A DNA stretch of 64,000 nt. It comes from Macrostomum lignano (Eukaryota). Location: assembly GCA_002269645.1 (NCBI GenBank), contig NIVC01000566.1, positions 186,001 through 250,000 on the forward strand, given 5' to 3'. The notes under the pieces were generated by a model that did not search any database, was not told the DNA's origin, and saw only the letters and a program-made list of their open reading frames with translations. Positions 25,950 to 38,397 of the stretch are shown here, piece by piece. Made by a program: the position numbers and the translations under genes. The stretch's first letter is position 1. Every line of letters begins with the position of its first letter.

Positions 25950-28900
25950 ATGGGCTGCAGCACCTCCCTCGCCAAGATGATTCTCTTTATCTTCAACGTC
26001 GCCTTCTTCATATTCGGCATCGCCAGCTTGGGCCTGGGCATCTGGGTGGCCGTCAACAAGAACGACCTGTTCAGGTTCATCAACCTGGTGGACTCACAGG
26101 TCACCGAGGGAGCCAATCAAGGTGACATAAGCTCAGTAGCCAATCAAAGCGGGGCGGTGACCGCGGCTGGCTACGTTCTGATTGGCCTGGGACTGTTCAC
26201 CCTGCTGGTGGGCTTCTGCGGCTGCTGCGGCGCGATGAAGGAGTCCAAGTGCCTGCTGATGATTGTGAGCTGGGTGGCCCTGCCGACACTCTTGGAGCCG
26301 CTCAATTCATTGCTTTTCTGTGCCTGATATGGGCGTCATGCTGCATGAATAATGCAACTGGTAGTTCGGTCTGAATGGGGAGATGCCTATGGGAGAATGA
26401 GTGAGACAGGCAGGAAAAGAGGGAGAGAGAAAGAAGTAGGGCGAAGGAGAGGGCGAGTGGGGGGAGGGACGGCTGGGGAAGAGGGAGGGCGGTTGAGAGG
26501 GAGGGATGGAGAAAGGGAGGGGAAAGGGAGAGCAAGGTGAGGGAGGCAGGGAGAGAGGGAGGGCGGGGAGAGGAAGGGTAGGTGAGAGGAAGGGTAGGTG
26601 AGAGGAAGGGTAGGTGAGAGAAAGGGTAGGTGAGAGGAAGGGTAGGGGAGCGGAAGGGTAGGTGAGAGGAAGGGTAGGGGAAAGGAAGGGTAGGTGAGAG
26701 GAAGTGTAGGTGAGAGGAAGGGTAGGTGAGAGGAAGGGTAGGTGAGAGGAAGGGTAGGTGAGAGGAAGGGTAGGGGAGCGGAAGGGTAGGTGAGAGGAAG
26801 GGTAGGTGAGAGGAAGGGTAGGTGAGAGGAAGGGTAGGTGAGAGGAAGGGTAGGTGAGAGGAAGGGTATAGAGAAGGGGTATCTGAAGAAGAATGGATGA
26901 ATGAGAAACAGATTACATTTAAGGAAGGAAGAAAACAAGCAGAGAAACTGCGGAGGTAATTAGAGGGGCGAAAGCACCATAGAAGTGCATATGAATTTCT
27001 TACAAGGGTACGAAAGGATAGCAGTTGAGCAAATATGAGGTAAAAATGGAGAGCGATGCTCAGATCGGTGGAATTCTTAGAAACAGCAAAGCGCAGTGCC
27101 AAAAAGCTTCAGAGAGATTCGGAGCCACATGTTCACTACGAGCGTATAAAGCAAATGTCAAATTGCTCAAGCCGGCAAACTTACCAAACCGTTCGGATTG
27201 CAACTGGTGCCTGTTTACAGGCACGGCACTTTATATCTGCTTCTCTTATCTTGCCAGTGTTGAACAGCCGCGCTCGAACCACCGCCCGCCCCCACCACTC
27301 CCAAATTGCGCAGTACGCCGGTCTGGTCGGCCTGGTGCTGGTCCTGGAGATCACGGCCGCTATCATGGCCGCGGTGTTCCAGAGCCATGTGCGCAACAGC
27401 GCGGAGGCGGGCATGCTCCGCGTGCAGAACCGGTTCTTTGTTGCCATGCCGGACTACCTGCGGGTGCAGGGGACCAACGGTGCCAACGCTCTGGCGACCT
27501 TCCTCATCAACTATGTGCAGCTGATGGTGAGTCAGAGGTGGGGATGGCTGCAGCTGATGGTGAGTCAGGGATGGGGATGGCTGCAGCTGATGGTGAGTCA
27601 GGGATGGGGATGGCTGCAGCTGATGGTGAGTCAGGGTGGGGATGGCTGCAGCTGATGGTGAGTCAGGGATGGGGATGGCTGCAGCTGATGGTGAGTCAGG
27701 GATGGGGATGGCTGCAGCTGATGGTGAGTCAGAGGTGGGGATGGCTGCAGCTGATGGTGAGTCAGGGTGGGGATGGCTGCAGCTGATGGTGAGTCAGGGA
27801 TGGGGATGGCTGCAGCTGATGGTGAGTCAGGGATGGGGATGGCTGCAGCTGATGGTGAGTCAGGGTGGGGATGGCTGCAGCTGATGGTGAGTCAGGGATG
27901 GGGATGGCTGCAGCTGATGGTGAGTCAGGGATGGGGATGGCTGCAGCTGATGGTGAGTCAGGGATGGGGATGGCTGCAGCTGATGGTGAGTCAGGGATGG
28001 GGATGGCTGCAGCTGATGGTGAGTCAGAGGTGGGGATGGCTGCAGCTGATGGTGAGTCAGGGATGGGGATGGCTGCAGCTGATGGTGAGTCAGGGATGGG
28101 GATGGCTGCAGCTGATGGTGAGTCAGGGATGGGGATGGCTGCAGCTGATGCCTGAACCACTAATTATCAAGGGCGCTAGAGATGCCAGAGGTAATCATCA
28201 GATGAGCCAGAGATAATCATCAGATGAGCCAGAGATAATCATCAGATGAGCCAGAGATAATCATCAGAGGTGACAGAGATAATCATCAGAGGTGGCAGAG
28301 ATAATCATCAGAGGTGACAAAAATAATCATCAGAGGTGGCAGAGATAATTATCAGAGGTGGCAGAGATAATCATCAGAGGTGGCAGAGATAATCATCAGA
28401 GGTGGCAGAGATAATTATCAGAGGTGGCAGAGATAATCATCAGAGGTGGCAGAGATAATCACCAGAGGTAGCAGAGATAATCATCAGAGGTGGCAGAGAT
28501 AATCATCAGAGGTGGCAGAGATAATCACCAGAGGTGGCATAGATAATCATTAGAGGTGACAGAGATAATCATCAGAAAAATAAATAAGGCCCCCATACAT
28601 ATATCAAAGTTGAAATGTCTCAACTTCAACTCGCTTCCCGAATCCCCCCTGCAGTTCGAATGCTGCGGCGCCCGCACCATCGGGGACATCGCCAACAGCA
28701 GCAGCTGGACCGCCTCTAATCGCACTTTCGCCGGCAAGGAGCTGAAGGTGCCGCTCACCTGCTGCCGTCTGCGCGAAAACCGGAAAAACGCCGTGATGGA
28801 CCCGCGTTACAACTGGACGAATTTCGCTGACGACCTGCAGGACTCCGGCTGCCCCTACAAGCCTCTCGGCGGGAACGGCGGCCTCAACAATGCGGTAAGG

Positions 28901-30766
28901 GCGCCTGCCGCATGCCTCCGACACAGGATGTACTTTTAAGAGAAGGGCACCGTTACAGAGATAGAGGCGCGCCCTTCTACGGGGGACCATTCTAAAGACT
29001 TCCATTTTAGAAGGCGCCATTCTAAAGGGCGCCACTCTGAAAGGCGCCATTCTAAAGGGTGCCACTCTAAAAGGCGCCACTCTAAAGGCGCCATTCTAAA
29101 AGGTGCCATTCTAAAGGGCGCCACTCTAAACGGTGCGATTCTAAAGGGCGCCATTCTTAAAGGCGCCATTCTAAAGGCGCCATTCTAAAGGGCACCATTC
29201 TAAAAGGTGCGATTCTAAAGGGCGCCATTCTAAAGGGCGCCAGTCTAAAGGCGCCATTCTAAAGGGCGCCATTCTTAAAGGGCGCGATTCTAAAGGGCAC
29301 CATTCTAAAAGGTGCCATTCTAAAGGGCGCCATTCTAAAAGGTGCCATTCTAAAGGGTGCCATTCTAAAGGGTGCCATTCTAAAGGGTGCCATTCTTAAA
29401 GGCGCCATTCTAATTGGTGTTATTCTAAAAGCGACCACTCAAAAATTGATAAAATTCCAGAGTACACACAAGAAGCCTCTCTGAAAGAAAAATCTCTGAA
29501 AGACTTCCTGAGAATGTCTGAGAATGTCTGAGAATGAAAGTGGTGCCATTCTCAAGGACGGATGCGCCATTCTAAGAGCTCAAACGCCTTCCTGAGAACT
29601 GCTGCCTTTAAGACTGACCAACTGGTGGGATTCCTCGAGGGGCATTTTAAAAATTTGTGAAACGAATTCTTACTCAAAAACTTCAAACTTTCGAATTCCG
29701 AGCAGACTTGCTACAACAGCCTGCTGGAGTACGTGAGCCAGTACTCAAAGCCCATCATTATAATCTGCGTCGCAATCGGCCTGTTCGAGGTGAGTGCCAG
29801 ATAAGATTGCGGAGTGACAGATATGATTGAGAAGTGACAGATATGATTGCGGAGTGCCAGATATGATTGCGGAGTGACAGATATGATTGAGGAGTGACAG
29901 ATATGATTGAGGAGTGACAGATATGATTGCGGAGTGACAGATATGATTGCGGAGTGCCAGATATGATTGCGGAGTGACAGATATGATTGCGGTGCCAGAT
30001 ATGATTGCGGAGTGACAGATATGATTGCGGAGTGCCAGATATGATTGAGGAGTGACAGATAAGATTGCGGAGTGACAGATAAGATTGAGAAGTGACAGAT
30101 ATGATTGCAGAGTGACAGATATGATTGAGGAGTGACAGATATGATTGCGGAGTGACAGATATGATTGCGGGGTGACAGATAAGAGACAGAGGTTATTGAG
30201 GAGTGACAGAGGATATTGAGGAGTGACAGAGGATATTGATGAGTGACAGAAGATATTGAGGAGTGACAGAGGATATTGAGGAGTGACAAAGGATATTGAA
30301 AAGTGACAGAGGATATTGAGGAGTGACAGAGGATATTGAACTGTGACAGAGGAAATTGAAAAGTGACAGAGATGATATTGAAGAGTGACGGAGGATATTG
30401 AGGAGTGACGGAGAGGATATTGAGAAGTGACATAGGATATTGAGGAGTGACAGAGGATATTGATGAGTGACAGAGGATATTGAGGAGTGACAGAAGATAT
30501 TGAGGAGTGACATAGGATATTGATGAGTGACAGAAGATATTGAGGAGTGACAGAGGATATTGATGAGTGACAGAAGATATTGAGGAGTGACAGAGGATAT
30601 TGATGAGTGACAGAGGATATTGAGGAGTGACAGAGGATATTGAGGAGTGACAGAGGATATTGATGAGTGACAAAAATTCTGAAAAAAATTCCAGATTCTC
30701 GGCATTTTGTTCGCATGCTGCCTCATCAAGGCCATTGAGAACGACGTGTCCTATGCCAAGCAGTGA
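25950..30766 (+). CDS. Tetraspanin A, ~307 aa. Exons 25950-26264, 27314-27526, 28655-28894, 29706-29789, 30695-30766
   Basis: Four TM helices, VGFCGCCGAMKESKCLL, EC2 with FECCG and PLTCC, C-terminal ILGILFACCL. All introns are GT-AG phase 0; total 924 nt. Confidence 0.93.
26575..26870. repeat. 16-bp purine-rich repeat in tetraspanin A intron 1
   Basis: GTGAGAGGAAGGGTAG. Confidence 0.88.
27518..28150 (+). repeat. 33-bp (some 32-bp) array that contains the exon 2 splice donor; 19 GTGAGT copies
   Basis: Unit CAGCTGATG|GTGAGTCAGGGATGGGGATGGCTG; the first unit overlaps the exon end. Confidence 0.95.
28190..28575. repeat. 22-bp minisatellite in tetraspanin A intron 2
   Basis: GAGATAATCATCAGAGGTGGCA. 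Confidence 0.92.
28965..29430. repeat. 15-16-bp minisatellite in tetraspanin A intron 3
   Basis: CTAAAGGGCGCCATT variants. Confidence 0.9.
29792..30672. repeat. Compound ~20-bp minisatellite filling tetraspanin A intron 4
   Basis: GAGTGACAGATATGATTG(C/A)G starting inside the donor GTGAGTGCCAG, changing to GAGTGACAGAGGATATTGAG-type units. Confidence 0.93.
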
Positions 30767-31594
30767 TCGGTGAAGCTTCTATGAGCAAAATGTTATTGAA
30801 GAATAAAGCAATCAACTATATGCTACTTATTGATACTACTGACTAAGTCAATGATATTCAGACTTTTAGTTTATTCGATATATTTAATACCACGTAAATT
30901 AAGTTACGGTAAAAGTACACCATGTATTATACTCTCTGGTCATGGAAAATTGCAACTCATCTAAAAATGAGGATTCCTGATACTTTGCTGACCACAATAG
31001 CAAAATTTCAGGAATCCTGCGCTTTGATTTGCGGTTTTGTTTTAATTTTCTCTTTTCTTCTTACGGAATTGTTGGTCCGCGGTTTCGGTGACTACTGGTT
31101 AAAATTGCTTTCCCGCTGTAAACTCATCGGGTGCCAACTCACAGTATGAGAGAGCTCCCATCGTCTCTGTGACTTTCTTATACGACATTTAAGTATCTCG
31201 CATTGATGCTGCTATTTTCTGAGCTACAAAATTACACAGAGAAGTATATTCTTCAATTGAGCAGTAATAAGAAAAGAAAAATGTAGCATTTTGTTCACTT
31301 GTTGCATGCAAGGAAAACCAAATGACAAAACAGCGAGGATTCTCAACAGGTGCTTTGCCATTAATGCAAATATAGTAAAAAGGGAATTATTCAAATTAAT
31401 ATTTCATAGTTTTATAGTCTGCTGTACAAAGTATAACAACTTCGGTTTATTATTTAAAATAACTATCAGAGTTAACAGCTGGCACCTGGCTGACCGCCTC
31501 ACACACGGCTGCTTCGATAACTGATCGGTAATAAAAATTGCTAAATAAAAATCCTTTTTGCGCACCATTTTCGCCAGCAAGTTATGAAACTGCA

Positions 31595-34500
31595 TCAGTC
31601 GGAGTCTGAGTCCGAGTCCGAATACGAGTCCGAGTCGAAGTGGTCGAATCCGTTGCATAGTTGAGCGGCAATCATGCCGGCTGCTGATGCCTTTAATTTT
31701 GCGCACATTGAGCTGCTTTGAATTTAATAATTTGCTCAAAGTTCACAACGTCGAAGTACACTGGAGAGATAGGAGACTTCACAAACCCGAAAGTTCACTG
31801 GAGAGATAGGAGACTTCACAAACCCGAAAGTTCACTGGAGAGATAGGAGACTTCACAAACCCGAAAGTTCACTGGAGAGATAGGAGACTTCACAAACCCG
31901 AAAGCTCACTGGAGAGATAGGAGACTTCACAAACCCGAAAGTTCACTGGAGAGATAGGAGACTTCACAAACCCGAAAGTTCACTGGAGAGATAGGAGACT
32001 TCACAAACCCGAAAGCTCACTGGAGAGATAGGAGACTTCACAAACCCGAAAGCTCACTGGAGAGATAGGAGACTTCACAAACCCGAAAGTTCACAACGTG
32101 TAGTGTATTTCGGCGTTGTGAACTTTCGGGTTTATGAAAGTATCCCCGCTAGAGTCAAGAGTTTAGAGTTGACCCCTGAGCTACTCCGGTAACCCATGTT
32201 GAGTTAGTTGTGTTATAGCAAATCAAAGCACTCACCAGTACCAAGATGAAGATGCCGCTCATGATGAGGCCCGGCAGAGTCAGCTTGTCAACCAGTCGCG
32301 AAACTGGAGCTATGCAGGGCTGCAGACATGCACGCGAGAGGAGTTGAGATGAATGCATTGCATGAATAGACAGTTGACTATTTCAAGTGACAGTGACTGT
32401 GTCTCTGTCTTTGACTCTGTGCAGCAGATACCAGCTTCATCAAAGATGCTGAGATCATCAAAAAGCATTTGGCTAAATTTCTTTGCTTCTCTGTAAGACA
32501 ATTAACACACCGGACATGCAGTTGTTGCGATCTGAGCAGGGGAGGGAAGAGAGCAGGGGAGGGAAAAGAGCAGGGGAGGGAAAAGAGCAGGGGAGGGAAG
32601 AGAGCAGGGGAGGGAAGAGAGCAGGGGAGGGAAGAAAGAAGGGGAGGGAAGAGAGCAGGGGAGGGAAGAGAGCAGGGGAGGGAAAAGAGCAGGGGAGGGA
32701 AAAGAGCAGGGGAGGGAAGAGAGCAGGGGAGGGAAGAGAGCAGGGGAGGGAAGAGAGCAGGGGAAGGAAAAGAGCAGGGGAGGGAAGAAAGAAGGGGAGG
32801 GAAGAAAGCAGGGGAGGGAAAAGAGCAGGGGAGGGAAAAGAGCAGGGGAGGGAAGAGAGCAGGGGAGGGAAGAGAGCAGGGGAGGGAAGAGAGCAGGGGA
32901 AGGAAAAGAGCAGGGGAGGGAAGAAAGAAGGGGAGAGAAGAGAGCAGGGGAGGGAAGAGAGCAGGGGAGGGAAGAGAGCAGGGGAGGGAAGAGAGCAGGG
33001 GAGGGAAGAGAGCAGGAAGAAGGAATGGGAATCTGTGGAAGAAGGTAGGCACAGATTCCCATGTAAGCCAACTTGCCTGAGTGTACATGCTGGTGCTGTT
33101 TTCTGTAAGCGGGCATTTTTCATCAACCAGCATTAGCGGTGCCAAATCAGCGAGTGCTTCACCTCGGTTGCTTATTTTGCAGCAGCTGGCAGGCAGAACC
33201 TCATTGAAGTCCGGGTCGCGTGTTCGCGATCTCTGGTAGCTGGCGCTCTTCACGATGTCGTGCGGCTTCGCAACGCCGCAGCATTTGAACTGGGAATTAA
33301 GTTGAGTTCGCAGTATGGGGCTATATGAGCAGTGGAAGGAGAACGGTGCTTATTTTGTAACTTTTTTAACTGATGCTGTTGCGATGATAATACAGATTAC
33401 ACAACCTGGCTTGCTGTAGCAAACGCTTAGGGGTCAATAGCTCAAATCTCAAAGATCGTGAAATTTTAGGAGGCCAATTTCCTCAAAAAATACACTGCGG
33501 AGATGAGATAGTTCATTTTTCATCGCCAAATCCTTGTGAATGCCGGTAATCTTAGTCCTAAGCCAGGCCTTGGCTTAAAAATTGATGGCTTTTAACTCTA
33601 AAGACTGGGTCAACAACAATACGAGAAATAATATTGCTAACAATTTTATCACAAATATGCTTGCTTCAAGAAAGAAGAAAAAAAAATTCACCCGTGAGTA
33701 TTTACAACTTCGGCTTGGAATAAAAAGAGGAGGACAAGATGAAAATGAAACTTTCACAGAAAAACTAGATGAAACACCGCAGATTAACATGTTGTGCGTG
33801 CTAAACTGTAAAGGAATGTAATCTTCACCGCCCCTGGTCAACTGCAATAATTGATTTTGTGATAGAAAATTTGTTTTCCTATCTCCGCAGTGTATTTTTT
33901 CCAGGAAATTGGCCTCCTAAAAACTACAAGGTCTTGGAGTTTTACGTCCGGTTATTAGTACTATAGTGGTCCTTGGCCTACGCAGTCAGCGAGAAAAAGC
34001 CAGTCTTTTCACCCTGTGAATATGTGCCATATTCGTTTAATTTTGTCTCAATCCTCTCTGCTGGCTGTGTTGTCACCGAACGCGTTGAGTCAACTACGTA
34101 GTCAATATAACAAAGCATTTTCTCACCGAAATATGCATGTGCTCGAAGAAGCGCGTGTGAGAAATGCGCAAGTCTCCAGTTTGATTAAAATATTGCGTAC
34201 GAGCCACGAAATATTTGGCCTGGGCCTTCAGCAGCATAATGCGCATCTGCTTCTCTATAGTCGGCTTCTTCAGCAACAGAACGGCTGTGAAGATCATCTG
34301 GCCCGCCAGCAGGCACAGGAGGACCAGCTTGTACTGCGGTGGGGGTGGATTACTTACTGTATTACTGCATGTAAACTAGATTATGTCTTTGCTTTGAGCT
34401 CTGATCTCCCATATGTGAACATATGTACATTAGCTCATGATTCAAGGGATGGGACCGTAGCTTAGTGGTCTAGCAGGGTGCTCTGATGTGCCAGCGGCCC

Positions 34501-35165
34501 AGGCTCGATTCCAAGTGCAGTCGCATTAATTTTGGGGTTAAATTGGAATTTCGACAGGGCTCTGCTCGTGCAATTAACGCCCTTGATGGGCCAACCCCCA
34601 AGGCACAGTGAAGTGTACATGCCTAACGATTAATAGTTAGGGCCCCTGTGTGAGTGTTGCCTGCTCAGGGGAGTCGGCGGAATGGGCAGTATGCCTCTCG
34701 CATGTTGTGTGACAATGTCACTTAAAGTGCGCCAGAGTGCACACAACCCGGCTTCTGGCTCTAAAAAGGCTCATTATTCCCTGGCTCTCTCAGTCTCCTC
34801 CATCTATAGTTTCATCACCCACATGATCATGTACTATCCATAAGACAGACAGCCCAGCTCCTCTCACTTACAGAGATTCCAAGAGCCCTGCTCCGCTTGA
34901 GGACCGCCAAGATGCCGGTAGAAGCGACAAGCATAGCAATGCCACCCCCGCCAATGGTGACGAAGGCGATCGTTCTTACGAGACCTTTGGCCTCGATAAT
35001 GTCGAACAGTTTCTCAATTGAGATGCCTGATTTTAGCGACTTGTCAAACGAGGCCAATGTTTGCATCAGCGAGTCCGTGGCCAGAAGGATCCAGACTCCG
35101 AGGCAGATGATGAAGCCTCCCGCGACGAAAGCCAGCGAGTTGATGAAGATCAGACAGTTGAGCAT
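31595..35165 (-). CDS. Tetraspanin B (divergent), start codon uncertain. Exons 35165-34872, 34333-34127, 33289-33077, 32319-32236, 31690-31595
   Basis: TM1 LIFINSLAFVAGGFIICLGVW, EC2 FKCCG...PASCC...KCP...PC, TM4 LPGLIMSGIFILVL. Five phase-0 exons mirror tetraspanin A (both have an 84-nt exon 4). Intron 3 needs a GC donor; the last exon (acidic DS tail) is tentative. Confidence 0.82.
31738..32138. repeat. 37-bp minisatellite (~9 copies) with inverted terminal sequences and a hairpin, in tetraspanin B last intron
   Basis: Unit GTTCACTGGAGAGATAGGAGACTTCACAAACCCGAAA; 32074-32098 is the reverse complement of 32114-32138 with one mismatch. Confidence 0.9.
32535..33015. repeat. 17-bp purine-rich repeat in tetraspanin B intron 3
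   Basis: GAGCAGGGGAGGGAAGA variants. Confidence 0.9.
34451..34520 (+). mobile_element. tRNA-derived SINE head (Pol III A and B boxes); the body may extend to ~34780
   Basis: A box TAGCTTAGTGG (34458-34468), B box GGCTCGATTCC (34502-34512). No clear tRNA acceptor stem, so not called an intact tRNA. Confidence 0.55.
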
Positions 35166-38100
35166 GTCATATGTGACTAGGATTGCTTTCTCGTGTCCTG
35201 CCCGGACATTGCTCAATGAGCAATTGCCACACCAGATGAAATTAACATTGTCAAAACAAAATTATTTTGTGTCGAACACTGCAGAACTGGGTGGATTATG
35301 GCTAAGAAATGATACCGGTATGCATGTAGAGTTTGCACTTCTAAATATGCATGTGTTCGAGCTTCCGCTTCGATATTAATATACAAGATGAAACTGCAAG
35401 CAACAATAGCTGCATGGGATAATGACATAGAGTACGTGTTTTTAATTGGGAACATCAGTTGCGGATTGATGCAGAATAAGCAGTTAAAATTAGGGTTTCC
35501 ATAGTCGGTTTTGAGTGCTTAAAGTGAGATTCAATCCAGCATCTTGTAATGCTACATGATTATAATGTTGTAATAAAGTCAAGTCGATGATTTTGGAGTA
35601 ACCCACTTGAGGCAAAAACCTCCACGCTCTGTATATTTTATAGGCCAAGGGGCACGATGACCCGCGCATGTACATCACCGTACGTACTACTAACTAGGCT
35701 TACTAAACAAGCTCCACCTACCACACGGCCTCACCCCATAAGTCATGACAATGTTTTGAAAGCATTATTATCATATATTGTCATATAAGCCAATACACGA
35801 TTAGTAGTAGCCGTTTAAACACGATTTATTTTAACATTTAATGCACGTTGAATCGTGTTACAATGTTCAGTATTGGTCTATGATCGCTTCGCTTCCCAAA
35901 AAAAGCGACACTGCACACCCCAGGAGACGTACGGCGAGATTTACAAGTCGCTTAATTAGCATCAGTGACTAGGGGAGGAGCACCTGGGGGCAGCCATATG
36001 GAAGGTTTTATTTTTCCATGGGCTGCTCCACTCAAATTTTATGCAAGTTTATATCTTATGTAAAACTTAAGACACCTCAATTGATTGCTTTCTTGATATT
36101 CCTGTTTTGTTTTACTAACAAAAAACCATATTTAAAATCTGTTAATTTCCGTTGGCGAAATTTTTCAAACGAGATTTTCTATGAAACTTGTTTCCTTGTT
36201 TCCAGTTTCCAACAGCCCTATCTGCTGCTGCTGTTTCGTGACTAATTTGTGGTTGTGGCCTTTTGAGTGCTACAACGGATAAATAACTAAAATTTCCATA
36301 GTAATTGTCTCTTAATAATGGGTGAGTTTTCCAAATTTTATCATAAGTTACTTGGACTTCGTTATTTTTTGCATGGCTCAGGTCTACCTGGTCCTGGTCT
36401 AGGAGCTGCACTGCACTCTGTAGTGTAGAACTGTAGAACAGGTGGGGAAGTTCGAAGACTGGAAGGGTGATGCAGTATGCAGCTGCTTTGTTTAAAGCAA
36501 ATTAAATGCCTATTAGTAATTAAGTATCTGTAATATTGTTCTAATAATATATAAAATCTGTTTATAAATATTAGTAGATAGGGCAGGGGCCTAGGTAAGA
36601 CTAGGTAAGACCTATAATTATAAAAATTTCCATGCTATAACTCTATACTATACTATACCATTGATAGTATTAGTAGTAAACATTGTATATGGCAAAGTTC
36701 TTAATAAAATTCCTATTATAAACTGTATAGTATGACTATAGTATTGAGTAAGACTGTTATATATAAGAAGTTATCCAAAAAGTATCTTCAAAAGTATAGC
36801 TAGAAATGGGCCTATCTAAGCTCTTTAATTATATGCCTTGGCCCTTAGGTAGGCTTTTCTAAAGTATTAATATATTTCAATTCTCAAAAAAGATCTTATG
36901 AAATAGATTTATAATTTGTTATTGTATAGAATATATTATTATAGTTGACAAGCTATTGAAACCCACAGATTTTGAACCCGCTGAATTCTGATCCCTGGAA
37001 CTGTTTTTGCATGCATTCTTAAATCTTAAGTCAAAAAGGGGATAATTAAAGGGGCAAGAGTCAAAAAGATAATAGTCAATCAGAATTAGTATTCCGCCGT
37101 AAGGAGGGTCCATGTACTGTAGCCGTAGCCATATGCAAAACTATGGCTTACTCCAATTCTCCATATTCCATAGCTGTAGGGACCCCAAAATTACCATATT
37201 CCCGTAGTTCTCGTAGCCATAGTTTTAACAAAAAGTCTAAAAACAAAATATTTTGAATTAAGAAAATAACCTAGTGCTTAAACAACTGCAAATTAAATTA
37301 GAAAATAAAAGAAACACTTAGTTGTCTTTATAAGATTATATTTTGTCTTTTTTCAGAGCAACAATACTTAATCATTATTGAAAGTTCTAATGCTAAACTT
37401 TTTCACATTAATAAAAATTAGAGTTTGCTAGTGTTTTATTGTACTTTTTAAATTTAGGTATATTTTATAAGTTTCTAGGTTGATAATATAGTTTACTAAA
37501 AGTATCGTTGTTTTACTCTACCTGTTTCTAATATTTTTTTCAATTTTTAACATTAATAACTATGGCTATAGGAATCTATGGAATGTGACAGCAATTACCA
37601 TATTTCCGTAGTCGTAGCCATAAGAGCAGCTAGCTATCGTAGGCGTATCTGTAGCTGCCATAGGCACCTTATTTTACTATATTTGCTGTAGGATCCCATA
37701 GCCATAGCTACGGCTATGGGGGAACACTAGTCAGAATATAATTTAAATTTATTGGAATTTTATAGTAGTAGTTAAAATGCATTAAACTTTTATTTATATT
37801 TGATAAAATGTATGAGTGTTAAATGTATTAAGACTAATACAATTATATGACTTCTTCAAGTTTATGTTGATAAAATACTTCTAATTTTCCAATTTTTCTA
37901 AAAATTTTACCAGACATTTGGTAGATACCCAAAAATGGCAAAATGATAAAAAAGCAAAAAATCACCGGCAAGAAACTGTGGTGATGCGACCTCAGTTTAT
38001 TAATTGACTATTGTGTCAAGGAGAATTCAGTAAAAACTGTTTCAATAAAATTTGTATTTAATAATGAAAATTTTTCGAAAAAAAATAAGTTGACTTGTTT

Positions 38101-38397
38101 TGTGAATATAAATTTAAGAAATCACAAGTAATATTCATCATTTTCCATTTATAATGTATAGTGAATACAAATGACTTTATCAAAATTGATATTGAGTTTT
38201 GTTATAATGTCAAATAATTGCCTCGTCACAGTTTCCTCTTTTTTAAATTTGCTATATCTACGATGCGCAACAATATTGTCTCTTGCATTCTGGTTTGTTG
38301 CTATCTTTGCTGTTGTAGTGGACATTAATACCTCTTGCTGAATTATTTAGTGATGTAAGTAATTAATCATATTATAAATGTCTGTAATCAAGTTTGC

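Noticed and set aside
32074-32152. Helitron 3' end (hairpin followed by CTAG)
   Set aside because: CTAG is followed by A rather than T, the stem is longer than typical, and no 5' TC end is identifiable.
32155-32235. Read-through C-terminus of tetraspanin B (VSALICYNTT...)
   Set aside because: A strong GTGAGT donor at exactly the position used in tetraspanin A favours splicing to a further exon.
35998-36010. ATG GAA G|GTTTTA as the M6 first exon
   Set aside because: The phase fits, but the donor is weak and there is no other support.
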